A stretch of 64,000 nt of DNA, from the NCBI GenBank assembly GCA_965249275.1, contig CBDFLQ010000006.1:768001-832000 (forward strand). The letters run 5' to 3'. Every line of letters starts with the position of its first letter. Position 1 is the stretch's first letter. Source of the stretch: Dehalococcoidia bacterium. Lineage in GTDB: Bacteria; Chloroflexota; Dehalococcoidia; Plut-88900. The translations under genes and the position numbers were made by a program. Positions 9,057 to 19,163 of this stretch are shown here, in pieces. The notes beneath the pieces are model-generated. The model saw nothing but the letters and a program-made list of their open reading frames with translations, was not told the origin of the DNA and did not search any database.

Positions 9057-10571
9057 ATGGTGAGACTCCCGGCGTCCCTCTCCGTTCTGCTGGCAACGAA
9101 ACGACGCCGTCAGGTGTTGCTCGCGCTTGCCGCCGGCCACATTCTGACCCAGATGTCCAGCCTTCCTGTGGCCCTCTCCGTAGGCACCTTGGCCAAGGAG
9201 TTCTCCGTAGGCATCGACGAGGCGGCCTGGATCGTCATCGTCTACCTACTAGCCCTCGGCAGTGGCGCACTCCTCGGGGCCCGGCTCGGTGACAGGTACG
9301 GACACAGTCGCGTTTACGTCCTTGGCGTCGTCGCCTCGACCCTTGGTGCGGGACTGATAGTTGTCGCGCAAAGCCTTTGGGAGGTCATGGCGTTCAGGGC
9401 GGTTTCGGGCGTCGGGGCGGCGCTGATGATTGGAAACGCCAACGCCATACTGGCCTCAGCCTTTCCAATCAATGAGAGAGGCCGCGCATTTGCGGTTCCA
9501 ATCATGGGCTCCCGCCTGGGCACCCTGCTGGGCCTAGCCAGCTTCGGCCTTTCCCTACAATTCGCCACCTGGCGCATCGCCTTCGCCACTTTCCTACCCA
9601 TCGGCATTCTCGCTGTTGTCGCCTCACTTGGCCTCATCCGGGGTTCCCAGACCGAAGTCGAAGACAAAGAGAAGCGCGATACGGGCCCTATCGACTTCAT
9701 TGGCGCCGGATTTATCGTTGCGAGCGCGTCCGTCCTGATTCTCTCCACGAACCACCTGCACGGGGGCGAGGAGTCGTTCACTTCTTCCGAGGCTCTCACC
9801 TACCACCTCCCCATGCAATTCCTGTTCCTGGGTCTCGTTGTCATATTCGCCTTCGTCGAGCACAAGGTCCGAAACCCGATCGTCGATTTCCGCCACTTCC
9901 AGCAAAAGTACTTCACACTTTCCCTAGTCTCCAACACGGCTTTCCACTTCTCCATGCTCGCCGCCATGACCCTCGTCCCGATACTCATGGAGCAGGGTTT
10001 CGGCCTCTCACCCATCTTCGTGATGATCGTCCTCATACCGAACCAGGGGGTCGGGCTGTTCATGCCCATGGTCGCCGGCTGGCTCTACGATAAGCACGGG
10101 TCCCGACTCTTCCGCCCCGCGGCCATGGCAACCATAGCCTTAGGGTTCCTTGCATTGGGACTGCTGGCCCCCAACATCACCTGGTGGATCGTGCCCTTCC
10201 TCATGCTGCCAATCACCATGGGCACAGCCATATTCAACCCGATCAACAATGCGACGGTTATGAGCGCCCTGCCCCTGGAGCACAGGGGTATAGCATCCGG
10301 CCTGCTGGAGACCACCCGCGAGATCGGCCATGCCCTTGGGGCGACGGCCTCCGCGACTGCCCTGTCGATGTTCATACCCGCCCTGGTCAACGACCTCACC
10401 GAGGCTCAGGCCCAGGCCCATTACTTCGACGGCTTCCGGGTCGCCACCCTCATGGTCATGGGCGTCCTCTTCTTCGGAGCAGTAGTCGCCACCTTCCACA
10501 AGACGAGGCGCCAGCCGGGGGTGCTTACGCCTTCGCAGGCGCCGTCGCCATCGGCGTCGCCTACGTCTTAA
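9057..10571 (+). CDS. MFS transporter (DHA2-like, about 14 TM)
   Basis: GARLGDRYG motif A; ERGRA; multiple TM helices. Confidence 0.88.
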   Translation: MVRLPASLSVLLATKRRRQVLLALAAGHILTQMSSLPVALSVGTLAKEFSVGIDEAAWIVIVYLLALGSGALLGARLGDRYGHSRVYVLGVVASTLGAGLIVVAQSLWEVMAFRAVSGVGAALMIGNANAILASAFPINERGRAFAVPIMGSRLGTLLGLASFGLSLQFATWRIAFATFLPIGILAVVASLGLIRGSQTEVEDKEKRDTGPIDFIGAGFIVASASVLILSTNHLHGGEESFTSSEALTYHLPMQFLFLGLVVIFAFVEHKVRNPIVDFRHFQQKYFTLSLVSNTAFHFSMLAAMTLVPILMEQGFGLSPIFVMIVLIPNQGVGLFMPMVAGWLYDKHGSRLFRPAAMATIALGFLALGLLAPNITWWIVPFLMLPITMGTAIFNPINNATVMSALPLEHRGIASGLLETTREIGHALGATASATALSMFIPALVNDLTEAQAQAHYFDGFRVATLMVMGVLFFGAVVATFHKTRRQPGVLTPSQAPSPSASPTS

Positions 10572-10659
10572 CGGGAGGTCGATTCTCGTAAAGCCACGTC
10601 CATTCGATGTATAATCTGCTAGTCACGAGAAGCAGCCGAAGCCGGCAGGGAGCACTATC

Positions 10660-11781
10660 ATGCGAGAGATATTCGAGGAAGTCGGCGGCCTGATTAAGAA
10701 GAGCAAGCCCTTTGCGCTGGCCACGGTAGTCAGAACCAAGGGGTCCACGCCCCAGAAGCCCGGGGCCAAGATGCTGGTGCGGGAGGACGGGTCCTTCGCG
10801 GGGACCCTCGGGGGCGGCTGCATAGAGGCGGACGCATACACCGCATCCAAGTTGGCCATGGTCGAGAACACCCCCGCAGATGTTCAGGGTTTCACCCTGA
10901 ACGACGACCTAGCGGCACAGGACGGCCTGGTCTGCGGCGGCACCATGTACATCATGATCGACCAGCCCCAGAAGGACCCTTTGTTCGACGCCTACACGCG
11001 TGAGATAAACGCGGCTTATCGGGGCGAGGGTGGGGTCGCACTGGCGACCGTCACGCAGAAGGGCGCGCTCTCGGGGCCGGTGGGGACGAAGCTGCTCATC
11101 CGGGAGGACGGGTCCAGGGTAGGCTCCCTGGGAGAAACCTCGCTGGACGACGCAGCGTCGGAAGTCGGCAACAAGGCCATGGACTTCGGTCGGCAGGAAT
11201 TCATCTCGTCAAAGGACGGGACGGAGATATACGTGGAAGCTTTCACCAGTCCTGCCACCGTTGTGCTGGTCGGGGGTGGTCACGTCTCAAATTCCATCTA
11301 TAAACTTGCGACGTTCCTCGGGTATCGGACCCGGATAGTCGACGACCGGCAAGAGTTCGCCAATCCCGAACGGTTCCCGGACGCCGACGCCCTGGTCGTA
11401 GACGACTACGACTCCGGGATCAGGCGTATCGGCATAACGGCCAACTCCTTCGTGGTGGTGGCGACTCGAGGGCACAAGTACGACGACATGGCCCTGCTGG
11501 AGGCGGCTAGGTCTCAGGCCAAGTTCATCGGGCTGCTGGGCAGCAGGCGAAAGGCGCTCCTGATTTTCCCGACTTTGCTCTCATCCGGCGTGCCGCTGGA
11601 GAGGGTAAGCGAAATCCGCACACCCGTTGGTCTAAACCTCGGGGGGCGGACGCCGGAGTCGATAGCCCTGAGCGTCATGGCGGAGATCGAGATGGTGAGG
11701 CACGGCGGGGACGGCTCTTCGATGAAGATGGAGGAGAAGCTGGTACTCAAGGCACGGGAGAAGGCCGGGGTTCCGGCGTAG
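10660..11781 (+). CDS. xdhC: XdhC/CoxI family molybdoenzyme maturation factor
   Basis: GSTPQKPGAKM, GTLGGGC, GLVCGG, ATRGHKYD, GLLGSRRK, PVGLNLGGRTPE. Confidence 0.92.
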   Translation: MREIFEEVGGLIKKSKPFALATVVRTKGSTPQKPGAKMLVREDGSFAGTLGGGCIEADAYTASKLAMVENTPADVQGFTLNDDLAAQDGLVCGGTMYIMIDQPQKDPLFDAYTREINAAYRGEGGVALATVTQKGALSGPVGTKLLIREDGSRVGSLGETSLDDAASEVGNKAMDFGRQEFISSKDGTEIYVEAFTSPATVVLVGGGHVSNSIYKLATFLGYRTRIVDDRQEFANPERFPDADALVVDDYDSGIRRIGITANSFVVVATRGHKYDDMALLEAARSQAKFIGLLGSRRKALLIFPTLLSSGVPLERVSEIRTPVGLNLGGRTPESIALSVMAEIEMVRHGGDGSSMKMEEKLVLKAREKAGVPA

Positions 11782-11851
11782 AGCGCTTGCCGGGGCCATG
11801 TTAGTCGGGCCTGACTCGACTTTCTAGTGACTGAGCGTGCAGGACAGTGTT

Positions 11852-11890
11852 CACCCTCACCCTAGCCCTCTCCCATCGAGGGAGAGGGGA
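11852..11890. repeat. Palindromic repeat family A (CACCCTCACCCTAGCCCTCTCCC-loop-GGGAGAGGGG)
   Basis: Copies at 17138, 19916, 23718, 25705 and 33640. Confidence 0.85.
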
Positions 11891-11904
11891 CAGGACGCCG
11901 CCCC

Positions 11905-11937
11905 CCGCTCATACTTCGACGGGCTCAGCACGAGCGG
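11905..11937. repeat. Palindromic repeat family B copy
   Basis: ccgctcatacttcgacgggctcagcacgagcgg. Confidence 0.75.
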
Positions 11938-12010
11938 CCCAAACCCCTCCAGCATAGGTAATACAACAGCCATGTCGAGGGAGAGGGAATAGGACTCCAG
12001 ACGCGGGCGA

Positions 12011-12637
12011 ATGTCCACAAACTCACCTCCTGACACCGGTGTCACAGCAATTCTTTTGGCCGCGGGACTTTCCACGCGAATGGGTCAGCCCAAGGCCTTG
12101 CTCCCTTGGATGGGGACGACGTTAGTCGAATATCAGTTGGAGCAGATGGCGGCGAGCCGCGTGTCCTGTGTGGTACTGGTTGTCGGGCATGAGGCGGAGG
12201 CTGTCAGGGTACGGGTGGCGGGGAGAAGGGGCGTTAGAGTTGTGGAGAACCGAGACTACCGGCAGGGGCGGGCTTCGTCGGTGGTGGCTGGAGTGAGGGA
12301 AGCCGCAATCAACTCCAAGGCACTACTGTTACTGAACGTGGACCAGCCTCGGCCCTCGTGGTTAATTGATGAGGTAGTCAATGCACATCTTCGCGGAGGA
12401 GCAAAGATCACGATACCCGTGCACAAGGGCCGCAGGGGCCACCCAACGGTCTTCGACGGCAGCTTAAGGCACGAGATGCTGGGGATCATTGAGGAAGGGT
12501 TGGGGCTGAAGCAGGTAGTGAGGCAGGACGGGGGTCGGGTGGGGAACGTGGAGGTGTCGTCATCGCTCATCTACCTGGATATGAACACCCGGGAACAGTA
12601 TGAGATGGCGTTGGGGAGGGAGGCGGAGTTTCGATGA
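12011..12637 (+). CDS. mocA: Molybdenum cofactor cytidylyltransferase-like nucleotidyltransferase
   Basis: ILLAAGLSTRMGQPKALL, DQP, GRRGHP, DMNT; next to xdhC. Confidence 0.8.
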   Translation: MSTNSPPDTGVTAILLAAGLSTRMGQPKALLPWMGTTLVEYQLEQMAASRVSCVVLVVGHEAEAVRVRVAGRRGVRVVENRDYRQGRASSVVAGVREAAINSKALLLLNVDQPRPSWLIDEVVNAHLRGGAKITIPVHKGRRGHPTVFDGSLRHEMLGIIEEGLGLKQVVRQDGGRVGNVEVSSSLIYLDMNTREQYEMALGREAEFR

Positions 12638-12648
12638 CTCGGGTCTGC

Positions 12649-12677
12649 TTGACAACCTATGAGTGCGAGCCTATGTT
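12649..12677 (+). promoter_or_regulatory. Putative sigma70 promoter
   Basis: TTGACA-17-TATGTT upstream of the AGGAGG RBS of the CoA-transferase. Confidence 0.5.
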
Positions 12678-12721
12678 AGCCGCGTTCCCGTACGGCGGCT
12701 TTTTCAGGAGGTAAACGGCCC

Positions 12722-13924
12722 ATGATGGCATTAGAAGGCCTACTAATAATCGACATGACCATATGGCAGCACGGGCCGGTGTCCACGGCGATGCTGGCAG
12801 ACATGGGCGCCGAGGTGATAAAGGTGGAAGAGAGGGTGTCGGGTGACCCGGGGCGGTACCTGTCGACCTGGAATTTCGGGAAGAACTCGGGGACCGATCT
12901 GAATTACTACTTCGAGAACAACAACCGGAATAAGAAGAGCCTGGCCATCGACCTGAAGACCCCCGAAGGCAAAGAGGTGATGATCCGGCTGATCAAGAAG
13001 GCCGATGCATTCGTGTCCAACTTCCGAGAGCCCTCTCTAAAGAGGTTGGGGTTCGATTACGAGTCGGTGCATGCAATCAATCCGAAGCTAGTGTACTCGG
13101 CGGGGTACGGATTCGGGCCAAAGGGGCCGGACTCGGCGAGGCCGTCGGCGGACCTGGCGGCGCAGGCCCGGGGCGGAATCATGAGCCAGATCCAGACCTC
13201 GGCGCCTATGCAAGTGTGGGGAGGCATGGCCGACCAGACCGGAGCATTCATGCTGTGCCTGGGCACTACTATGGGCCTGCTTACCCGGGAGCGCACGGGC
13301 ATCGGGCAGAAGGTAGAGGAGTCGTTGTTCGGGACCCAGCTGGCAGTGGGTGCATTGATGGCCCAGGGAACGCTGTTCTCAGGGAATGTGCCCAGCGAAT
13401 ACCGGCGTCGGGCGCTGAGCCCCTTCTGGAACGTCTACAAGACGAAGGATGAAAAATGGCTGTGCCTCTCCGTGCTGGACATGGAACGGGACTGGGAAGC
13501 CACGTGTCGGGCCCTGGACCTGGAATGGATGATGGAGGATCCGCGGTTTATATCGGGGCAGGACAGGGTCTTTGGCCACAGCGATACGTTAATAGGCATA
13601 CTGGAAGAGACCTTCGCCAAGAAGACCCGGGAAGAGTGGCGGGAAATCCTGGACGCCACCGACGTCATCTGGGCCCCGGTACAGGACTACATGGAGGCCC
13701 TTTCGGACGAACAGGCAATCGCCAATGACTACGTGGTGGAGATAGACCACCCGAACGCCGGAAAGGTCAAAATGCTGGGTCTGCCCATTCAGTTCAGTGA
13801 GACTCCCGGCAAGGTGAGGAGTGGCGCCCCGGAGCTGGGGCAGCACACCGAGGAGTTGCTGACGGAGCTACTGGACTACTCGTGGGACGAGGTCATCGGC
13901 CTGAAGGACAAGCAGGTCATCTAG
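12722..13924 (+). CDS. Family III CoA-transferase (CaiB/BaiF)
   Basis: LADMGAEVIKVE, NRNKKS, GFGPKGP, APELGQHT. Confidence 0.93.
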   Translation: MMALEGLLIIDMTIWQHGPVSTAMLADMGAEVIKVEERVSGDPGRYLSTWNFGKNSGTDLNYYFENNNRNKKSLAIDLKTPEGKEVMIRLIKKADAFVSNFREPSLKRLGFDYESVHAINPKLVYSAGYGFGPKGPDSARPSADLAAQARGGIMSQIQTSAPMQVWGGMADQTGAFMLCLGTTMGLLTRERTGIGQKVEESLFGTQLAVGALMAQGTLFSGNVPSEYRRRALSPFWNVYKTKDEKWLCLSVLDMERDWEATCRALDLEWMMEDPRFISGQDRVFGHSDTLIGILEETFAKKTREEWREILDATDVIWAPVQDYMEALSDEQAIANDYVVEIDHPNAGKVKMLGLPIQFSETPGKVRSGAPELGQHTEELLTELLDYSWDEVIGLKDKQVI

Positions 13925-13938
13925 GGCCGGGTGGCGTT

Positions 13939-14589
13939 TTGAGCAGCGAGGGCGGCGACACCGTGCCCAACATGCGTCTGTATGAGGTGTACGCGTCTCG
14001 GGACATCGGGGAGGTGGGGCGGAAGTACGATGCGTGGGCAGAAGACTACGATAACGACATCACGGGGGATTACGGATGGCCGGCCCCAGGTCACATGGCC
14101 GATGTCTGCAGCCGCTACGCAACCCGTGATTCTCTGCTCCTAGACGCGGGCGCAGGGACCGGACTTACAGGCGCAACACTTCGGCGGGCAGGGTTTCAGA
14201 ACATCGTTGGGATAGACCTGTCGGCGGGGATGCTGGAAGTAGCGAAGGGCAAGTCTGTTTACAGCGGGCTTTACAAGATGAAACTCGGAGATCCGTTGGC
14301 CTTCGAAGATGGGGCATTCGACGCCGTGGTCAGTGTGGGCGCATTGACCATTAGCCACGCCTCCGCCGACTCCCTGGACGAACTGGTCCGGGTCACGAGA
14401 TCCGGAGGACATCTAATGTACACCCTGCGGCCCGACTACTATCGGGACTCGGACTTCCCGCAGAAGCATGCCGAGTTAGAGCAGGCGGGACGATGGCGGT
14501 TTGTGGAGGTGACTGAGCCTTTTGCGGCCATCCCTTTGCGGGAGCCTGACGTAGATTTTCAGATATGGGTATTCGAGGCATTGGGTTGA
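13939..14589 (+). CDS. Class I SAM-dependent methyltransferase (start uncertain, 13939-13972)
   Basis: YDAWAEDYD, LLDAGAGTGLTG, GIDLSAGML. Confidence 0.85.
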   Translation: MSSEGGDTVPNMRLYEVYASRDIGEVGRKYDAWAEDYDNDITGDYGWPAPGHMADVCSRYATRDSLLLDAGAGTGLTGATLRRAGFQNIVGIDLSAGMLEVAKGKSVYSGLYKMKLGDPLAFEDGAFDAVVSVGALTISHASADSLDELVRVTRSGGHLMYTLRPDYYRDSDFPQKHAELEQAGRWRFVEVTEPFAAIPLREPDVDFQIWVFEALG

Positions 14590-15798
14590 GTGGCAGACGC
14601 TAGCTACAAATACATAGTCATAGGAAAAGGGATGATCGGGTCGGCGGCGGCGCGGCACCTGGCGGAGCGGACGGAAGGGGTGGCGCTGATAGGCCCCGAC
14701 GAGCCTCGGGACCCGTCAAGTCACGACGGTGTGTTCGGGGACCACTACGACGAGGGTCGGATAACACGGATTCTAGATCCGCATCTTGTTTGGGCAAAGC
14801 TGGCCCGGGAGTCGATCAGGCGGTATCGAGACATGGAATCTCGATCTGGCATACCGTTCTACCACGAGGTCGGGCAGCTGTCCGTGGGGCCGCTTGACCG
14901 GGCAGTCTCCGAATACGTGCCCAATTCCGAGCAGGTAATGCTCGACCTTAACGAAGGGTTTGAGAAACTGGGGCCGGAGACCCTAGAGTCACGGTTTCCG
15001 AAGCTCAGTTTCGAGTCACAATGCTCGGGGTTGTACCAGTCATCCGATGCCGGACACATAAGTGCCCGCGGCATCGTGGAGGCGGAGACGGCCCTGGCCA
15101 AGGGGCACGGCGCCGACGTTATCAGCGAGGAGGCGGTCTCGGCGGAGAGTGGGGCGGGCGGGGTTGAGGTGAGGACGTCGGGGGGCGGGGTATACCGGTC
15201 GGACAGGGTTTTGGTGGCAGCGGGGGGATTCACGAGGGACTCGGGGCTGGTGCCACGGACGCTGGATGTAGACGTGCTGGCAGTCAACGTGGTCTACATC
15301 GAGCTTACGGAGTCGGAGGCGGGAGACCTGTCGGACCTGCCCAGCATGATCTACATGACCGGCCGACCCAACGATAGCAGCTACATCGTCCCACCCGTGC
15401 AGTACAGGGACGGTAAGTACCGGATGAAGATCGGGGGGTCAGAAGGGCACGGGAGCCTGGGGAGCATGGAGGCGATCAAGGCGTGGTTCAGGGGGTCGGG
15501 CACACCTGCCGAGAGAGACCGCTTGTGGGACAAGATTCAGGCCACGATCCCACGGCTACAGTCCGTGCCAGACGAGCGCGTGACTCTGGGTACGTGCGCC
15601 GTGAGCAAGACGCCTACGGAGCTGCCCTACATAGATATGGTAGACGAGCGCATAGGCGTGGCAACGGGCGGCAACGGACTTGCGGCGAAGTCGGGGGACG
15701 AGATCGGGAGGCTGGGTGCGCTGACGCTGCTCGAGGCGACGTGGGACTCGGACCTGGACCCGGGCCTGTTCGGGGCCAAGGTGAGGACTCGGGCGTAG
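14590..15798 (+). CDS. FAD-dependent oxidoreductase (DAO/sarcosine oxidase-like)
   Basis: VIGKGMIGSAAA Rossmann motif, HYDEGRITR, GGNGLAAKSGDEIG. Confidence 0.85.
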   Translation: MADASYKYIVIGKGMIGSAAARHLAERTEGVALIGPDEPRDPSSHDGVFGDHYDEGRITRILDPHLVWAKLARESIRRYRDMESRSGIPFYHEVGQLSVGPLDRAVSEYVPNSEQVMLDLNEGFEKLGPETLESRFPKLSFESQCSGLYQSSDAGHISARGIVEAETALAKGHGADVISEEAVSAESGAGGVEVRTSGGGVYRSDRVLVAAGGFTRDSGLVPRTLDVDVLAVNVVYIELTESEAGDLSDLPSMIYMTGRPNDSSYIVPPVQYRDGKYRMKIGGSEGHGSLGSMEAIKAWFRGSGTPAERDRLWDKIQATIPRLQSVPDERVTLGTCAVSKTPTELPYIDMVDERIGVATGGNGLAAKSGDEIGRLGALTLLEATWDSDLDPGLFGAKVRTRA

Positions 15799-15848
15799 GA
15801 GTCCAGCCTGGGACCATCCTGCCGTTTGCTCCGCCGTGGGCCGCCCCT

Positions 15849-15878
15849 CGCTCATACTTCGAGAGCCTCAGCACGAGC
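15849..15878. repeat. Palindromic repeat family B copy within a repeat-rich intergenic region
   Basis: cgctcatacttcgagagcctcagcacgagc. Confidence 0.7.
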
Positions 15879-16163
15879 CGCCCTACCCAGAGGAGCCACC
15901 GAGATTTAACCCTACAGGGAGTACCCCTACCTCGCACTACCCCTGGATTCACGCGATGGCGCACCTTCGGCCTGCCTCCGCAGGAAAGACGGTCATACGG
16001 GGTTATTTGAATGGGACAAGGGATTCAGAGCCCTACCGCACTCCTTCAGCCTGCACAGGGCTGGCTCCAGTCTTCTCCCTTGACGGGAAAGGGGACAAGA
16101 CGCCCATCGCTCATACTTTGAGGACCTCCCGCCAGGGGCGGACCTTCGACAGGAATGGCGGAG

Positions 16164-17081
16164 TCAACGGGCAGCAGTTACGGCACGAGCGCGGTTGATG
16201 GACTGTTCGACGATATCAAACCCGGCCAGCTCTGAGAAGGCTGCCATGAGTTGCTGGGTGACAGGGCCCGGAACCTCTTCGCCGACGGTTCGGGTGTCTA
16301 CTCTTCCCACAGGTACGACGCAGTAGGGTGTTGTGGCAAGGAAGGCTTCGTCGGCGGTGTAGGCGTCGTAGGGCTGGATTTCCTCTTCGATGAATGGGAT
16401 GCCCAACCGCTCCGCCAACTCACCGATGACCTTTCGGGTGACGCCCTGGAGTATGGCCGAGTCCCCGGCAGTCCTTATCTTGCCGTCGGTGACGATGAAG
16501 AAGTTGGAGCCTATGCTTTCGGTGAGGTTGCCGCGAGCATCGGTGAGGACGGGGAAGGCCTCAGGATCGATGTCCGTGGCCTCCAATTCAGCAAGTACGA
16601 AGTTGAGCCGGCTGTAGTGCTTGATCTTCGGGTCCAGGGCGTCGGAGGGATAGCTCCTGATCTTGGGTATGACCACATGGGCGCCGTCACTGTAGAGGGG
16701 CGCCATTCGGGCGTGATCCAGCGGATCTATCCATATGGCGATGTTGGGCTTCAGAGCCAAGGCGGAGCGACCGCCTTCGCCGCGGGTCACGAACTGGGTG
16801 ACCATGTAGTCGTCCCCCCGCTCCCGGATTGACTCGTTGCGCTGGACAACGTCTAGGGTGATGTCGGTCATCTCCTCCTTGGTCATGCCGGGGTCGATAC
16901 GCACGTAGGTGAGGGAGCGGTAGAGGCGGTCGATGTGGTCTTCGAGGCGGAATACCTTGCCGTTGAAGGTACGTGAGGTATCGAAGACCACATCCCCGAG
17001 CCTCATACCCCTATCGTTAAGGCCGAGCTTGGCCTCGCTTCTGGGCATGAACTCGCCGTTTAGCCAGACTTGGTATTCCAT
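16164..17081 (-). CDS. Aminotransferase class IV (branched-chain/D-amino acid aminotransferase-like)
   Basis: VWLNGEF, FRLEDHIDRL, IKHYSRL, TESIGSNFF, ILQGVTR, ADEAFL; GAGGAGG RBS. Confidence 0.9.
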   Translation of the reverse strand: MEYQVWLNGEFMPRSEAKLGLNDRGMRLGDVVFDTSRTFNGKVFRLEDHIDRLYRSLTYVRIDPGMTKEEMTDITLDVVQRNESIRERGDDYMVTQFVTRGEGGRSALALKPNIAIWIDPLDHARMAPLYSDGAHVVIPKIRSYPSDALDPKIKHYSRLNFVLAELEATDIDPEAFPVLTDARGNLTESIGSNFFIVTDGKIRTAGDSAILQGVTRKVIGELAERLGIPFIEEEIQPYDAYTADEAFLATTPYCVVPVGRVDTRTVGEEVPGPVTQQLMAAFSELAGFDIVEQSINRARAVTAAR

Positions 17082-17137
17082 GATTTCCTCCTCTTAATTC
17101 CGAGTCCTGAACAACTATTTTGTAGTCTTTGGGACAT

Positions 17138-17335
17138 CACCCTCACTCTCTTCAGCGAGTCTCCGACCCTAGCCCTGTCCCGTCAAGAGACCTTTGTGTA
17201 GCCGCAGGGCAAGCTATTCTTTGCTATTCTAATCGCCATTCCCCTCCCACCGCTCATACTTCGACGGGGCTCAGCACGAGCGGCCCCGGCCCCTCCGATA
17301 TGGGTTATGCAAAGGTCACGTCAAGGGAGAGGGGA
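17138..17335. repeat. Family A repeat interrupted by a MITE
   Basis: Left arm ...ccctgtccc and right arm gggagagggga lie on either side of the insertion. Confidence 0.8.
17187..17319. mobile_element. 133-bp MITE with GAGACCTTTG-type IRs, containing a family B repeat
   Basis: GAGACCTTTGTGTAGCC ... GGTTATGCAAAGGTCAC; GTCAA duplicated at 17182-17186 and 17320-17324. Confidence 0.8.
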
Positions 17336-17347
17336 CGGAACTGTCCT

Positions 17348-18306
17348 TTAGAAAACATCGATTTCCTGGCCGAGGTTTTGTTCGCGGGCCAATTCGTAGA
17401 TTCTCATGGCAGTTGCAACGTCCTGGAGGCGAGGCCCTGGGACTCGAAGAGGGTGATCTGGGCCTCGGAGGTGCGGCCAGGGGCCCGGCCCGACACCACG
17501 TCGCCGAGTTCCGTCATGGTATCCCAATTTACTACGCCGCGCTCGGCGGCGACGAGGAGGTCCCCGCATTCGAGTTGGGCCTGCACACGGGAGTCGACGG
17601 TGATGATGTCGCTCTTGCGGATGGCGTCGTTGTCGAGCTCCTTGCGGACAAGGGAGTTGCTGCCTGCGGCGTTAATATGGGCACCTTCGGCGATCCATTC
17701 ACCCTTGACCACCGGGTCCCGAGCGTTGGTTATGGTGACAACAACGTCTGCGGCAGTGATTGCGTCCTCGGGGGTGGAGGCGGGAGATACATCGATGCCG
17801 AGCTTTTTGGACATGCTGTCGCAGAACTCGGCGAGGGGCTCGGGGCGGCGGCTGTAGACCTTGGCGGTCTCAATATTTCGAACCGCGCATACAGCCTCAA
17901 GCTGTGTTACAGCCTGGCCCCCGGAGCCGATCATACCCACCACATTGGCATTTTCTTTGGCAAGGTACTTGGTGGCTACACCGGAAGCCGCTCCCGTGCG
18001 CATTCTGCCAAGGTTGTCGGCCTGGACGATGGCGAGAAGGTCACCGGTCTCGGCGCTGAAGAGGAGGACCATGAATCGGGTGCCGGAGCGGAAGGATGTG
18101 TATACCTTCAGGCCCATCGCCTCTCGGTAGTAGCAGACACCGGACATGAGCTGCATATTGCCCTTGCCGGGGATGTGGAAGCGTCGCCGGGGGCGGTTTA
18201 TCGAAGTGCCCTCACCCTGACTTCGGAACGCTCCTTCGACCGCGTCAAGGGTCTCCTCCATTGTCAGGAGTTGCATTACCTCTTCTTCGCGGATGATTAG
18301 GGTCAC
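17348..18306 (-). CDS. Ornithine cyclodeaminase/mu-crystallin family protein with an apparent 1-nt frameshift near the C-terminus
   Basis: RTGAASGVA, GSGGQA, HINAAGSN; adding one C at about 17428 restores SQGLALQDVATAMRIYELAR...; GTG start 8 nt after AAGGAG. Confidence 0.85.
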
Positions 18307-18308
18307 GC

Positions 18309-19163
18309 TCAAAACTCCTTGGCGGGGCCCCTGGGCGCCAGGCCCTTGAGATATTGCACGCTTCTGCCTATGACCTCGGCGTCTTCGGCATCGGGGCGGA
18401 AGTTGAGGTAAGTCTCCAGGTCTACGAGGGCCGTGGAGTAGTCCTTGAGCTGGAGACGCACTTTGCCCCGGTCTCGGACCTCATCGAGGTCCCAGGGCGA
18501 TACATCGATCATCATTTCTATGACCGTCAAGGCCTTTTCGTAGTCGCGTCGGGAGGCGTGGATGCCCTTGAGGTTGTTCAGCATCCGGGTGACTAACTGG
18601 GCCTCGGTACAGGCGGCCAAGTGATGCTCCCGGAAGGGCATGAATCCGCCGCCCGTGAGGCGGAGCCTCTGGGCAAGGTGCTCCGTGTCGAGTATCAGGC
18701 CCTTATAGAAGGGATCGACGTAGATTGGACCGTCCTCACTTTCGTGCTTGACGATGAAGTGGCCCGGAAACCCGACCCCCTTGATCTCGATCCCCGCGTA
18801 CCTGGCCACCTCGATGTATACGACCGACAGGGTAATGGGAATGCCGATCCTCCGGTCCATCACCTCGTTGAGGTAGCTGTTGCGGGGGTCGTAGTACTCT
18901 TCCTCGTTGCCCCGGAAGTCTTCCTCTTCGAAGAGGACGCGGTTGAGGGCTTCGATGGCGGCCTTTGGTGAAGCATCCGTGGAGCGGGACCGCACCCTCC
19001 GGCCGAGGCGCTCCAGAATATGCACATAGTAGGGGATGTCCAGATCAGGGTATTCGCCCTGGGCGATAAGAAGGGCAGCACGGGACAGGTCGATATCCCG
19101 GTGGGGCGGGGCCATCAACTCTGCGAATGCGCTTTGGGAAGTGCCGGGGTGGGAGTCTTCCAT
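18309..19163 (-). CDS. SirB1/YchA family transglutaminase-like TPR protein
   Basis: FRGNEEEYYDPRNSYLNEV, GIPITLSVVY, GVGFPGHF, RMLNNLK, RDRG; upstream Pro-rich ORF extension judged non-coding. Confidence 0.88.
   Translation of the reverse strand: MEDSHPGTSQSAFAELMAPPHRDIDLSRAALLIAQGEYPDLDIPYYVHILERLGRRVRSRSTDASPKAAIEALNRVLFEEEDFRGNEEEYYDPRNSYLNEVMDRRIGIPITLSVVYIEVARYAGIEIKGVGFPGHFIVKHESEDGPIYVDPFYKGLILDTEHLAQRLRLTGGGFMPFREHHLAACTEAQLVTRMLNNLKGIHASRRDYEKALTVIEMMIDVSPWDLDEVRDRGKVRLQLKDYSTALVDLETYLNFRPDAEDAEVIGRSVQYLKGLAPRGPAKEF

Noticed and set aside
14587-14592. Methyltransferase TGA directly followed in frame by the oxidoreductase GTG (possible Sec read-through fusion)
   Set aside because: Both proteins are complete domains, the TGA is not in a Cys/redox motif, and a GAGG upstream can serve the second start
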